Notes: generated by a model not told the origin, from the letters alone. 63,806 bases of DNA, filler included, from Lama guanicoe (GCA_013239625.1; 77 parts of 75 records of this genome joined end to end with filler, not necessarily neighbours in it), one strand, 5' to 3'; shown: positions 12,364 to 24,136, counted from the whole stretch's first letter. A program made the numbers and translations.

Positions 12364-13258
12364 TTTTCCTTTGTATTATCTTGGATTGTATTTAGTTTTT
12401 GTGACTCACTTGGAAGTTTTTGGCTTCTGGTTACACTTTTTTGTAAGTGTGTTAACAATTACTCTAACTGTGTGTACTAAACAGATAGTAATATAATCTC
12501 AAACCCATCCTACCGAGAACAAAAAATTTTAAAAAAAGAAGAAGAAAGAAAAAAATCCTCTATATTTTCTTGCTTCCCTCTCCCACTCAATGATTTAGAT
12601 GTCTTCTTTTACAATTTCATGTTTATTCTATTTGTATTTCATGGTAGTTATCACCTTTCCAGTTAGAGTTCTCATTTCTTTAGCATCCTACTTCTTTTCT
12701 ATTTAGAGTAGACCTTCCAATATTTCTTTTACCATGGGTTTAGTGTTGCTAAAGTCTTTTAGATTTTGCTTCTCTGTGAAAATCTATATCACTCATTCTA
12801 TTCTAAAGGATAGCCTTGCTGCAGAAAGTATCCTAGGCTGCATCTGTCTTTTCATTCAGGACTTTGAATATATCTTGCCACTCCCTTCTGGCCTGTAGTG
12901 TTTCTGTAGAGAAATCAGCTGAGAGCCTTCTCTTGTAACTCACTCTTTGTTTTTCTCTTGCTGCCTTTAGGATCATTTTTTTATCCTTCAGTCTGGCCAT
13001 CTTGATTATGATATGTCTTGGTGTGGGTCTCTTTAGGCTCTTCCTGTATGGAAAACTCTGAGCCTCCTGTGCTTGGCTGTCTCATTCCTTCTTTAGGTTT
13101 GGGAAGTTTTCAGTCATGATTTCTTTAAATACCTTTTCCATCCCCTTTGTTCTTTCTTCCCATTCTAGAACCCCTATTTTGCATAGATTGGCACGCTTCA
13201 TATTATCCGATAGGTTCCTTATATTGTTTTCATTGTTTTATATTTGTTTTTCTCTCAG
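12364..13258 (-). mobile_element. LINE-1 ORF1 3' half and inter-ORF spacer
   Basis: gtagagaaatcagctgagagcc and tttgggaagttttcagtcatgatttc are reverse complements of ORF1 motifs seen at 32790-33010. Confidence 0.9.
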
Positions 13259-13358
13259 NNNNNNNNNNNNNNNNNNNNNNNNNNNNNNNNNNNNNNNNNN
13301 NNTTAATTAATTAANNNNNNNNNNNNNNNNNNNNNNNNNNNNNNNNNNNNNNNNNNNN

Positions 13359-13841
13359 AGTGGATCAGGGGGCACTCACTGCTACTTGGCCTCCAAGCCC
13401 AACCCCCGGCTTTCCCTCATAGCCTGGCCTAAAGTAACACTCATGGAACAGAAGCTAAGGGATACTAATAGAACCCAGGTGCTGCTGTCAGTTTGAGTAA
13501 CTTCCCCACACTCAGAATATCAGAACACATCTTCGTGTGTGTGCTGGATGTAGGGAAAAAGTCAAAGCATTTTACAGGGGGCACATTTATTCCATAGTTG
13601 TGGGTTGTAGGTTAAAAACCAACATCCCATGGATAGGCTCTCGCTAATACTTGGTTATGCACAACCCTTCCCCCACTCTCCAGCCTAGGCATACCATCAG
13701 GGAAGACAAGCTAAGGGATTCTATTAGAACCGAGGTGCTGCTGTCATTTGGAGGAGCCTCCCCACAATCAGGATACATTAGCACGTCTCCGGGTGTGTGC
13801 TGGAAGTGGGGAAAAAGATTCCACGCATCTTTATGGGGCAC
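13359..13841. repeat. Family B satellite (opposite orientation to 8280-8768)
   Basis: Near reverse complement of 8280-8768. Confidence 0.92.
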
Positions 13842-13941
13842 NNNNNNNNNNNNNNNNNNNNNNNNNNNNNNNNNNNNNNNNNNNNTTAATTAATTAANNN
13901 NNNNNNNNNNNNNNNNNNNNNNNNNNNNNNNNNNNNNNNNN

Positions 13942-14391
13942 ACTTTGAGGAGGGCCTTGTCACTATGAACTTCCCTCTTGAGCCTGCTTTAACAGTATTC
14001 CATAGACTTTGTGTAGTTTTTTGTCATATTTCTCAAGATATTTTTTAATTTCTTCTTTTACTTCATCACCTCCACCCCTTGTTTTATTACCATATTTTTT
14101 AATCTGGATGCTGTCTTTTTTTCTCCCAGTTTTTCTCTGATTGATTTCTAGTTTCATAGTATTATACTCAGAAAAGATGCTTAAAATAATTTTTATCTTC
14201 TTAAATTTTTTGAGGCTTCTTCTGTGCCTGAGTACATAACCTTTCGTAGAAAACATACCTTGTGCACAGGAAAAGAATTTATATTCTGTTTTGGGGATAT
14301 ATGGGCACTCTTTTGAATATATCAAGCATCTCCAATTATTTAATAATGTACTTTAGTATCTTTGTTCCCTTATTAATTTTCTGTGTGAAAG
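13942..14391 (-). mobile_element. LINE-1 ORF2 endonuclease C-terminal part (decayed)
   Basis: YKFFSCAQGMFS..LKKFKKIKIILSIFSEYNTMKLEIN resembles YTFFSSAHGTFSRIDH..IFSDHNGMKLEIN. Confidence 0.88.
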
Positions 14392-14491
14392 NNNNNNNNN
14401 NNNNNNNNNNNNNNNNNNNNNNNNNNNNNNNNNNNTTAATTAATTAANNNNNNNNNNNNNNNNNNNNNNNNNNNNNNNNNNNNNNNNNNNN

Positions 14492-15287
14492 CGCGCTGCC
14501 GACCGTTGGTGTAACCTCCCCACTCTCAGGATTCCGGAACTATTATCAGTGCGTTGGGGAGCTCGAGAGACAACTCCACGCAGCTCTCGTCAGTCACAGG
14601 GGTTCACTGTTCGTGGAAGTCCGAGAAATAACTTCCCTGAGCTTGGGGAGGCATCCTATGTCACTGGGACTTCCTGCAAACACCCCTAGCATTCCCTGGC
14701 ACAGAGACATTAGGAAAACCCTAAGGGGAGACGAGCTTAGGCATTCCGTTAGAACCTACGCGCTGCCGACCGTTGGTGGAACCTCCCCACCCTCAGGNNN
14801 NNNNNNNNNNNNNNNNNNNNNNNNNNNNNNNNNNNNNNNNNNNNNNNNNNNNNNNNNNNNNNNNNNNNNNNNNNNNNNNNNNNNNNNNNNNNNNNNNNNN
14901 NNNNNNNNNNNNNNNNNNNNNNNNNNNNNNNNNNNNNNNNNNNNNNNNNNNNNNNNNNNNNNNNNNNNNNNNNNNNNNNNNNNNNNNNNNNNNNNNNNNN
15001 NNCATTCCGTTAGAACCTACGCGCTGCCGACCGTTGGTGGAACCTCCCAACCCTCAGGATTACGGAACAATTGTCAGTGCGTGGGGGAGCTCGAGAGACA
15101 ACTCCACGCAGCTCTCTTCAGTCACAGGTGTTCCCTGTTCGGGGGAGTCCGAGAAAGACCTTCCCTGACCTTGGGGAGGCAGCCTCTGTCCCTCGGAATT
15201 CCTGCAAACCCCCCTAGCCTTCCCTGGCCGAGAGACAGTAGGAAAACCCTCAGGGGTGACGAGGTTAGGCATTCCGTTAGAACCCAC
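14492..15287. repeat. 267-bp GC-rich satellite (family A, homogeneous)
   Basis: cgcgctgccgaccgttggtg at 14492 and 14759 (period 267). Confidence 0.95.
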
Positions 15288-15387
15288 NNNNNNNNNNNNN
15301 NNNNNNNNNNNNNNNNNNNNNNNNNNNNNNNTTAATTAATTAANNNNNNNNNNNNNNNNNNNNNNNNNNNNNNNNNNNNNNNNNNNN

Positions 15388-15853
15388 ACAGACAGAGTGC
15401 TATGGACAAGATTTTTTTTTAAACAAATCCCTGAATTCATTGCAGGTCTTGTTTCTACCGAGACACAAATGTCTTATATGTATAATGTTTCACAAAAGCC
15501 TTAAAATATTATCACCCCAACTTGACACATCAAGAAACAGTAGAGAAGTTTATCACATTCTACAAAATTAGAGAGAGGACACGTCAGACGCCGTATTTAA
15601 ATCCAGGCCCCTGCTCCAGTGCTCACACTAGAAAGTGTGACTTACTGCCCCTTTCCTGCCCTCTCCCTGCAATAAATCTCTGAAGAGTCTTTTCTGTGTC
15701 ATCTGGAATCACAATCACATCAATTTTCCACAAAGGGCTATGTCACTCCTTGGAGGACTTATCAAAATCTTAAGTGTTGGGATGAGAGGAGAGATTTGCA
15801 TTCTCTGTTTCTTAAAGGAAACATGGCTTTAAAAGAAACTGAAAAGCACTTAN
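15388..15853. repeat. Low-copy duplicated segment, inverted paralog of about 51880-52312
   Basis: Long shared blocks, e.g. cacactagaaagtgtgac, ccctgcaataaatctctgaag, gctatgtcactccttggagga. Confidence 0.85.
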
Positions 15854-15952
15854 NNNNNNNNNNNNNNNNNNNNNNNNNNNNNNNNNNNNNNNNNNNTTAA
15901 TTAATTAANNNNNNNNNNNNNNNNNNNNNNNNNNNNNNNNNNNNNNNNNNNN

Positions 15953-16380
15953 AGATATTGAATAGTTTCCTGCACTATACAGAAGAAACTTGTTTTTCAA
16001 TTTATTTATATATATTAGTTAATATTTGCAAATCTCAAACTCGCAAATTTATCCCTTCCCACTCCCTATTCCTGGTAACCATAAGGTTATTTACTGTATC
16101 TGTGAGTCTTTCTGTTTTGTAGATGAGTTTATAGTGTCCTCTTTTTTCTTTTTTTTTTAGATTCCACATGTAAGTGTTATCATATGGTATTTTTATTTCT
16201 CTCTCTGTCTTACTTCACTTAGAATGACAATCTCTAGATCCATCCATGTTGCAGCAAATGGCATTATTTTATTTTTTAGGGTTAAGTAATATTTCATTGT
16301 ATAAATATACCATAGCTTCTTTATCCAGCCCTCTGTCAATGGACATTTAAGTTGCTTCCAAGTCTTGGCAACAATTGATA
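15953..16380 (-). mobile_element. LINE-1 ORF2 C-terminus and 3' UTR, 5'-truncated
   Basis: [45 protein letters not shown]. Confidence 0.92.
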
Positions 16381-16728
16381 GTTTTGACTCCAAATTTAAG
16401 AGTTGCATTTAAGGACAGACACCATGGATAAAGTTAGAAACACATATGGAGAGAAATGTACCAGTCAAACAGTGCAAATATATCTGGAACACACAGAAAT
16501 GTTCTATAAATTAGTAAGAGGTAGACATTCAGTAGAAAGTGGGCAATGGATAAACTAGCAATTTGCAGAAAAAGAAATTCAAATGGAAAATAAGTACCCA
16601 AGAAGATGTTTGACTTTGTAAATATACANNNNNNNNNNNNNNNNNNNNNNNNNNNNNNNNNNNNNNNNNNNNTTAATTAATTAANNNNNNNNNNNNNNNN
16701 NNNNNNNNNNNNNNNNNNNNNNNNNNNN

Positions 16729-17340
16729 AGGAAAATGGAGAAATTACAACAAATAAAATAGAAATACAGAATATTATTGGAGAATATTATGAGAAACTAT
16801 ATGGAATCAAACTGGATAACCTAGAGGAGATGGACAAGTTTCTGGAAACATACTGTCTAAGAAGGCTGAATCAAGAAGAAACTGAACACTTGAACAATCC
16901 GATCACTAGAAAGGAAATAGAAATAGCAATTAAAAACCTCCCTACAAATAAAACTAAGAAGGCTGAATCAAGAAGAAACTGAACACTTGAACAATCCGAT
17001 CACTAGAAAGGAAATAGAAATAGCAATTAAAAACCTCCCTACAAATAAAGGTCCAGGACCGAATGGCTTCACTGGGGAATTCTACCAAACATACAAAGAA
17101 GAACTCATACCAGTCCTTGTCAAACTCTTCCAGAAGATTGAAAAGGAGGGAATACTCCCAAACTCATTCTATGAAGCCACCATCACCCTGATACCAAAAC
17201 CTGGCAAAGACATTACAAAAAAAGAGAATTTTAGGCCAATAAAACTGATGAACATAGACACCAAAATCCTCACCAAAATTTTAGCAAATACAATCCAACA
17301 ATACATAAAAAAGATTATACATCATGACCAAGTGGGGTTC
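16729..17340 (+). mobile_element. Young LINE-1 ORF2 fragment (Z domain to start of RT) with internal tandem duplication
   Basis: [57 protein letters not shown]. Confidence 0.95.
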
Positions 17341-18100
17341 NNNNNNNNNNNNNNNNNNNNNNNNNNNNNNNNNNNNNNNNNNNNTTAATTAATTAANNNN
17401 NNNNNNNNNNNNNNNNNNNNNNNNNNNNNNNNNNNNNNNNAGCAAGACACACCTGAGCCGCCGTCTCATTGTTCTGCCTCATCCCTAAGCTCTCTTTGTC
17501 TGCCTGTCTGTGTCTGTCTCCCTTTCAGGACCAGCCTGGCACCGCTTCATTCCCTGCCTCCTTTCTTCTAATCTTGCCTCCCTAGCCTGTTCCATCTACT
17601 CCAGATTAACTGAGAAACACTGAAGAGGTTTTAAAACCTAGGAACAACAGATGTGCTAGATACAAAGAATACAGGGCAGTGCCATCCTCAGTCACATCCC
17701 TCCTGCCCTCTCCCATTCCCACAATGAGTTTTATAAATATTTTGTCAGACAGACATTGCACTCCCAGTTGTTATCATTATCAGCCATTTCCTTATTATCT
17801 GTGGTTTACGATGCATTTGCTACAGGGAAGTTCCCGAGATAAGGCAGGAGCAGATGACTGAGCCAGTTGTTGTTGTCCACTGTGTCAAGCCTGTTAAGAA
17901 TGAACTTTGGGGGGATTTGTTGAATGTGCCAGACTGTCTAGTCAGTGGTGGTGATCCCCTGCATCTGCTCTGGAGTCGGCCTCATCCCCTCCTTTGCTCT
18001 NNNNNNNNNNNNNNNNNNNNNNNNNNNNNNNNNNNNNNNNNNNNTTAATTAATTAANNNNNNNNNNNNNNNNNNNNNNNNNNNNNNNNNNNNNNNNNNNN

Positions 18101-19224
18101 GGAATATGCAGTCACAGGAGGGAGCAGGCCCAGCAGTGTGCAGGCCAAGCAGAGCGCAGGCCCAGGCCTGTGCAGTCCCAGGTGTGTGCAGGCCCAGGAG
18201 AGGGCAGGACCCGGTGTGTGCAGGCCCAGGAGTTGCAGACCCAGGTGTGTGCAGACACCGGCGTGTGCAGAGACAGGAGTGTGTAGGCCCAGGATTGTAC
18301 AGGCACCCAGCAGTGTTCAGGCCCAGGAGTGTGCAAAATTAGGAGTATACAGGCCCAGGTGTGTTCAGGCTCAAGATTGTGCAAGTCCTGGATTGTGCAG
18401 GCCCATGAGTGTGCAATCCAGGAGTGTGCAGGCCCAGTAGTGTGCACACACAGGAGGGAGGAGGCACACGATTGTGCTGGCCTGGAGTGTTCAGGCCTGT
18501 GTGTGTGTTTAGGCCCAAGATTGTACAGGCCCAGGTGTGTGCAGGCTGTGGGATGTGCAGGCCCAGGAGTGTGCAGGCCCAGGAGTGTGCAGGCCCAGGA
18601 GNNNNNNNNNNNNNNNNNNNNNNNNNNNNNNNNNNNNNNNNNNNNNNNNNNNNNNNNNNNNNNNNNNNNNNNNNNNNNNNNNNNNNNNNNNNNNNNNNNN
18701 NNNNNNNNNNNNNNNNNNNNNNNNNNNNNNNNNNNNNNNNNNNNNNNNNNNNNNNNNNNNNNNNNNNNNNNNNNNNNNNNNNNNNNNNNNNNNNNNNNNN
18801 NNNNNNNNNNNNNNNNNNNNNNNNNNNNNNNNNNNNNNNNNNNNNNNNNNNNNNNNNNNNNNNNNNNNNNNNNNNNNNNNNNNNNNNNNNNNNNNNNNNN
18901 NNNNNNNNNNNNNNNNNNNNNNNNNNNNNNNNNNNNNNNNNNNNNNNNNNNNNNNNNNNNNNNNNNNNNNNNNNNNNNNNNNNNNNNNNNNNNNNNNNNN
19001 NNNNNNNNNNNNNNNNNNNNNNNNNNNNNNNNNNNNNNNNNNNNNNNNNNNNNNNNNNNNNNNNNNNNNNNNNNNNNNNNNNNNNNNNNNNNNNNNNNNN
19101 NNNNNNNNNNNNNNNNNNNNNNNNNNNNNNNNNNNNNNNNNNGTCCAGGTGTGGCTCAAGATTGTCCATGTCCTGGAGTGTGCAGGCCCATGAGTGTGCA
19201 ATCCAGGATTGTGCAGGCCCAGTA
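18101..19224. repeat. GC-rich 16-bp minisatellite (GCAGGCCCAGGAGTGT)n
   Basis: Perfect units at 18557-18601, degenerate units elsewhere on both sides of the gap. Confidence 0.92.
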
Positions 19225-19324
19225 NNNNNNNNNNNNNNNNNNNNNNNNNNNNNNNNNNNNNNNNNNNNTTAATTAATTAANNNNNNNNNNNNNNNNNNNN
19301 NNNNNNNNNNNNNNNNNNNNNNNN

Positions 19325-20488
19325 TGACAATTGTTCCGGAATCCTGAGCGTGGGGAGGTTGCACCAACGGTCGACAGAGCGTGGGTTGTAATGGACTGCC
19401 TAAGCTCGTCTCCCCTGAGGGTTTTCCTAATGTCTCTGTGCCAGGGAATGCAAGGGAGGATTGCAGGAAGTCACAGGGACAGAGGCTTCCTCCCCAAGTT
19501 CNNNNNNNNNNNNNNNNNNNNNNNNNNNNNNNNNNNNNNNNNNNNNNNNNNNNNNNNNNNNNNNNNNNNNNNNNNNNNNNNNNNNNNNNNNNNNNNNNNN
19601 NNNNNNNNNNNNNNNNNNNNNNNNNNNNNNNNNNNNNNNNNNNNNNNNNNNNNNNNNNNNNNNNNNNNNNNNNNNNNNNNNNNNNNNNNNNNNNNNNNNN
19701 NNNNNNNNNNNNNNNNNNNNNNNNNNNNNNNNNNNNNNNNNNNNNNNNNNNNNNNNNNNNNNNNNNNNNNNNNNNNNNNNNNNNNNNNNNNNNNNNNNNN
19801 NNNNNNNNNNNNNNNNNNNNNNNNNNNNNNNNNNNNNNNNNNNNNNNNNNNNNNNNNNNNNNNNNNNNNNNNNNNNNNNNNNNNNNNNNNNNNNNNNNNN
19901 NNNNNNNNNNNNNNNNNNNNNNNNNNNNNNNNNNNNNNNNNNNNNNNNNNNNNNNNNNNNNNNNNNNNNNNNNNNNNNNNNNNNNNNNNNNNNNNNNNNN
20001 NNNNNNNNNNNNNNNNNNNNNNNNNNNNNNNNNNNNNNNNNNNNNNNNNNNNNNNNNNNNNNNNNNNNNNNNNNNNNNNNNNNNNNNNNNNNNNNNNNNN
20101 NNNNNNGGCTCCCCAACGCACTGACAATGGTTCCGGAATTCTGAGCTTGGGGAGGTTCCACCAACGGTCCGCAGCACGTGGGTTCTAACGGAATGCCTAA
20201 GCTCGTCTCCCCTGAGGGTTTTCCTAATGTCTATGTGCCAGGGAATGCTAGGGGTGTTTGCAGGAGTCCCAGGGTCAGAGGCTGCCTCCCCAAGGTCAGG
20301 GAAGATATTTCTCGTACTTCCCCGAACAGGGAACACCTGTGCCTGAAGAGAGCTGCATGGAGTTGTCTCTCGAGCTCCCCCACGCACTGACAATGGTTTC
20401 GGAATCCTGAGCGTGGAGAGGTTCCACCACCGGTCGACCGCGCGTGTATTCTAACGGAATGCCTAAGCTCGTCTCCCCTGAGGGTTTT
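19325..20488. repeat. 267-bp satellite (family A)
   Basis: ttctaacggaatgcctaagctcgtctcccctgagggtttt repeated; reverse complement of 14492-15287. Confidence 0.95.
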
Positions 20489-20588
20489 NNNNNNNNNNNN
20501 NNNNNNNNNNNNNNNNNNNNNNNNNNNNNNNNTTAATTAATTAANNNNNNNNNNNNNNNNNNNNNNNNNNNNNNNNNNNNNNNNNNNN

Positions 20589-20990
20589 TTTGTGGACTTT
20601 TGAATGTTGGGCATTCTGATCCGTGTCAGGTGATGCCTCATTGGAGTTTTGATTTGCACTTCTCTGTTAATGAGCGACTTTGAGCCTTTTTTCATGTGCC
20701 TGCGGCCCATTTGTATGTCTTCATGGGATAAATGGTGATTTAGATATTCTGCCCAGTTTTGGATTGGCTTGCTTGTTTGTTTGTTGTTGTTAAGTTGTAT
20801 GAGCTGCTTTTATATTCTGGAAATTAAACCTTTGTCAGTCTCATCTTTTGCAAATATTTCCTGCCATCCTGTAGGTTGTCATTTTGTTCTGCTTGTGGTT
20901 TCCCTTGCTGTGCAAAGGCTTATGAGTTCAGTTTCATCCCGTTTGTCTGTTTATTTTTGCTTTTATTTCTATTGCTTGTGTAGACTGCTT
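20589..20990 (-). mobile_element. LINE-1 ORF2 3' region
   Basis: tgtcaggtgatgcctcattggagttttgatttgcacttctct is a typical antisense L1 ORF2 segment; same region as 56771-57109. Confidence 0.88.
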
Positions 20991-21092
20991 NNNNNNNNNN
21001 NNNNNNNNNNNNNNNNNNNNNNNNNNNNNNNNNNTTAATTAATTAANNNNNNNNNNNNNNNNNNNNNNNNNNNNNNNNNNNNNNNNNNNNCC

Positions 21093-21541
21093 AACATCCA
21101 CCACGGCGCTCAACAATTGCCTCCAACTGATCCACTGGAGAGCTTCAGGTCCCTTGCCGCGGCAGCCCCTCCTCTGTCCCCCAGCTTCTTTGTGCCTTGT
21201 GCGCCCCCTGGTGGCTGGGTGGGCCAGCCACTGATGCTCCTGGTGCTCCAGCCCACCCCGGCTTGGCAGGGAGTTGAGAACCCTCCACATCCGGGAACAG
21301 ACCCAAGCGGCACCACAGCAGGGCCGAGTCCAGGNNNNNNNNNNNNNNNNNNNNNNNNNNNNNNNNNNNNNNNNNNNNNNNNNNNNNNNNNNNNNNNNNN
21401 NNNNNNNNNNNNNNNNNNNNNNNNTCAGCCTGTCCCCCGCAGCGGTCCTCCACAGACCGGGCAGCATCCGGCTCAGCCACGCAGCCCCCACACGGCAATT
21501 CTGCCGCCCGAACAGGCCGAGACACACCTGTGGCAGCAGCA
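21093..21541 (+). CDS. Partial Pro-rich reading frame, tentatively DUX4/DUXC-like post-homeodomain region
   Basis: Frame is open on both sides of the gap (NIHHGAQQLPPTDPLES..FFVPCAPPGGWVGQPLMLLVLQPTPAWQGVENPP..AILPPEQAETHLWQQ); VPCAP..LQP recalls DUX4 HVPCAPG..ALQP; no homeodomain in view. Confidence 0.35.
21201..21215 (-). promoter_or_regulatory. CTCF core motif
   Basis: gcgccccctggtggc is the reverse complement of GCCACCAGGGGGCGC. Confidence 0.55.
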
Positions 21542-21641
21542 NNNNNNNNNNNNNNNNNNNNNNNNNNNNNNNNNNNNNNNNNNNNTTAATTAATTAANNN
21601 NNNNNNNNNNNNNNNNNNNNNNNNNNNNNNNNNNNNNNNNN

Positions 21642-21873
21642 CATATGTGTGTGTTTTTATTTTAGGACTCTTTATTTTGTTCCATTTATCCATGTGATTC
21701 TTTTAGTGACATATTTTGATGTTTTGATTACTGTAGCTTTGTAGTATGTTTTAAAGTCAGGGAGGATAATACCTACAGCTTTGTTCATTTTTCAAAGATA
21801 ATTTAAAAAATTTGGGTCTTTCAGAATTTAGTATAAATTTTATTATTTTTCTCCTTGTTTTGTGAAGAAACAT
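21642..21873 (-). mobile_element. LINE-1 ORF2 post-RT fragment
   Basis: Reverse complement encodes NKAVGIILPDFKTYYKATVIKT. Confidence 0.85.
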
Positions 21874-21893
21874 ATGGATTCTGATGGATTCTG

Positions 21894-22482
21894 CGAGAAT
21901 AGAAATATACTAAAAGAAGAAAATGAGAAAAATTGTAAAGTTTGGAGGATAAATCACACAATATTAAACAACCAATGGATTGTTACATAAATCAAAGGAA
22001 AAATACATAAAGAAATATAACAGCAAAAACGAAGTCCATGTGATATAGCAAAAGCAGTATTAATAAGGATGCTAATAGCAAAATAATCCCACTTAAACAA
22101 ATAAGAAACATCTCTCTCTTATAACATAATCTTACAAACAAAAGATGTAGCAAAATAATAAACAAACTTGCTAGTAGAAAGAAAGACAGCTGAAAGATCA
22201 GAACATAAATACATAAAATAAAGATTAAAAATAGAAACATCAAAACAAACTACATAAAGGCCTTTGAAAGATAAATAAAACTGATAAACTTTAACGAGAC
22301 TCATGAGCAGAAAGAGAATACAGATTAAAAAGCTCCAAAATAAATGAGAAGTTACAGCTTATATCAAAGTAACACAAAGCATCATAAGATAATACAACAA
22401 ATTATATGTCAATTAAAATGGAATCCCTAGAAAAAATGGACAATTTCTTAGAAAGACCCAATCTCCAGAATAGAATGAGAAA
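21894..22482 (+). mobile_element. Decayed LINE-1 ORF2 post-endonuclease fragment, inverted relative to 21642-21873
   Basis: ttaaacaaccaatggat (LNNQW), gatatagcaaaagcagtatta (D.AKAVL), ctagaaaaaatggacaatttctta (LE.MD.FL). Confidence 0.82.
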
Positions 22483-22582
22483 NNNNNNNNNNNNNNNNNN
22501 NNNNNNNNNNNNNNNNNNNNNNNNNNTTAATTAATTAANNNNNNNNNNNNNNNNNNNNNNNNNNNNNNNNNNNNNNNNNNNN

Positions 22583-24036
22583 TATATTCTATATTCCGTG
22601 TTCTAATTTCCATATTCTTCATTCTATATTCTGTATTTAATATTCGATATTCTGTGTTCTACATTCTGTATTCTACATTCTATATTCTGTATTCTGCATT
22701 CTATATTCTATATTCTGTGTTCTACATTCTATATTCTACATTCTATATTCTGTATTCTGCATTCTATATTCTATATTCTGTGTTCTACATTCTATATTCT
22801 ACATTCTATATTCTGTATTCTGCATTCTATATTCTATATTCTGTGTTCTACATTCTATATTCTACATTCTATATTCTGTATTCTGCATTCTATATTCTAT
22901 ATTCTGTGTTCTACATTCTATATTCTACATTCTATATTCTGTATTCTGTATTCTACATTCTATTTTCTACATTCTATTTCTGTATTCTCTATTCTATATT
23001 CTGTCCTGCATTCCATGCTCTAAAATCTGGGTTCTCTATTTTTTATTCTATATTCAATATTGTGTGTTCTACAATCTATATTCTACATTGTATATGCTGT
23101 ATTCTGTATTCTACATCCTATATTCTCTGTTCTGCATTCCATGTTCTAAATTCTTTGTTCTGTAATATGTATTATATTTTCTTTACTCTATGTTCTGCAT
23201 TCCATGTAACAAATTCTGTATTCTGAATTCATTACTCTATATTCTGTGTTCTACATTCTGTATTCAACATTCTATATTCTGTATACTGTATTCTATATTC
23301 TTAATTCCGTGTTCTGAATTCCATGTTCAAAGTTCTAGTTTTTCTGTATTCTATATTCGATATTGTGTGTTCTACATTCTGTATTTTTCATTTTATATTC
23401 TGTCTTCTTTGTTCTATATTCTTTATCTTGTGTTCNNNNNNNNNNNNNNNNNNNNNNNNNNNNNNNNNNNNNNNNNNNNTTAATTAATTAANNNNNNNNN
23501 NNNNNNNNNNNNNNNNNNNNNNNNNNNNNNNNNNNCAATATTCTCTATTCTATAATCTTAATTCTGTGTTCTGCATTCCATGTTTTAAATTTTCGGTTCT
23601 CTATTCTCTATTCTATATTCTGTGTTCTACATTCTATATTCTAAATTTTGTGTTCTGCATTCCATATTCTAAATTCTTTATTCAGTATTCTGTATTCCAT
23701 AGTCTATATTCTGGGTCTTACATTTTATATTCTAAATACTATATTCAGAATTCAGTATTCTATAAAGTATTCTATATTCTAAATTCTGAGTTCAGCATTC
23801 CATTTCTAAATTCAGGATTCTATATTCTGTTTTATATATTCTAAATTTTGTGTTCTTCATTCTTTTTTCCAAATACAAAATCCTGCTTTTCGTATTCCAT
23901 ATACTATATTGGGTGTTCTAAATTCTAAATTCTAAATTTTATATTCAGTATTATGTATGCTATATTTTAAATTCTCTGTTCTGCATCCCATGTTCTAAAT
24001 TCTGGGTTCTGTGTTCTCTATTCTATATCCTATATT
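22583..24036. repeat. AT-rich heptamer satellite (two scaffolds: 22583-23435 and 23536-24036)
   Basis: attctat/attctgt/gttctac 7-mers; exact 63-bp copies at 22681, 22744, 22807, 22870. Confidence 0.95.
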
Positions 24037-24136
24037 NNNNNNNNNNNNNNNNNNNNNNNNNNNNNNNNNNNNNNNNNNNNTTAATTAATTAANNNNNNNN
24101 NNNNNNNNNNNNNNNNNNNNNNNNNNNNNNNNNNNN

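Noticed and set aside
15137..15153. CENP-B box in the 267-bp satellite (ttcgggggagtccgag)
   Set aside because: It has TTCG....A but lacks CGGG at the required spacing in every copy seen.
14613..15335. Recurrent HALPTVGGTS / LFPHLQHTH ORF family
   Set aside because: These are frames of the 267-bp satellite (length divisible by 3) and its sister family, with stops and frameshifts varying between copies.
18106..18601. Cys-rich, keratin-associated-like ORFs
   Set aside because: The 16-bp unit is not a multiple of 3 and all frames give similar peptides; this is minisatellite translation.
22654..23483. Long hydrophobic FYILYS-repeat ORFs (also near 26152 and 61190)
   Set aside because: These are translations of the heptamer satellite strand, which has few stop codons.
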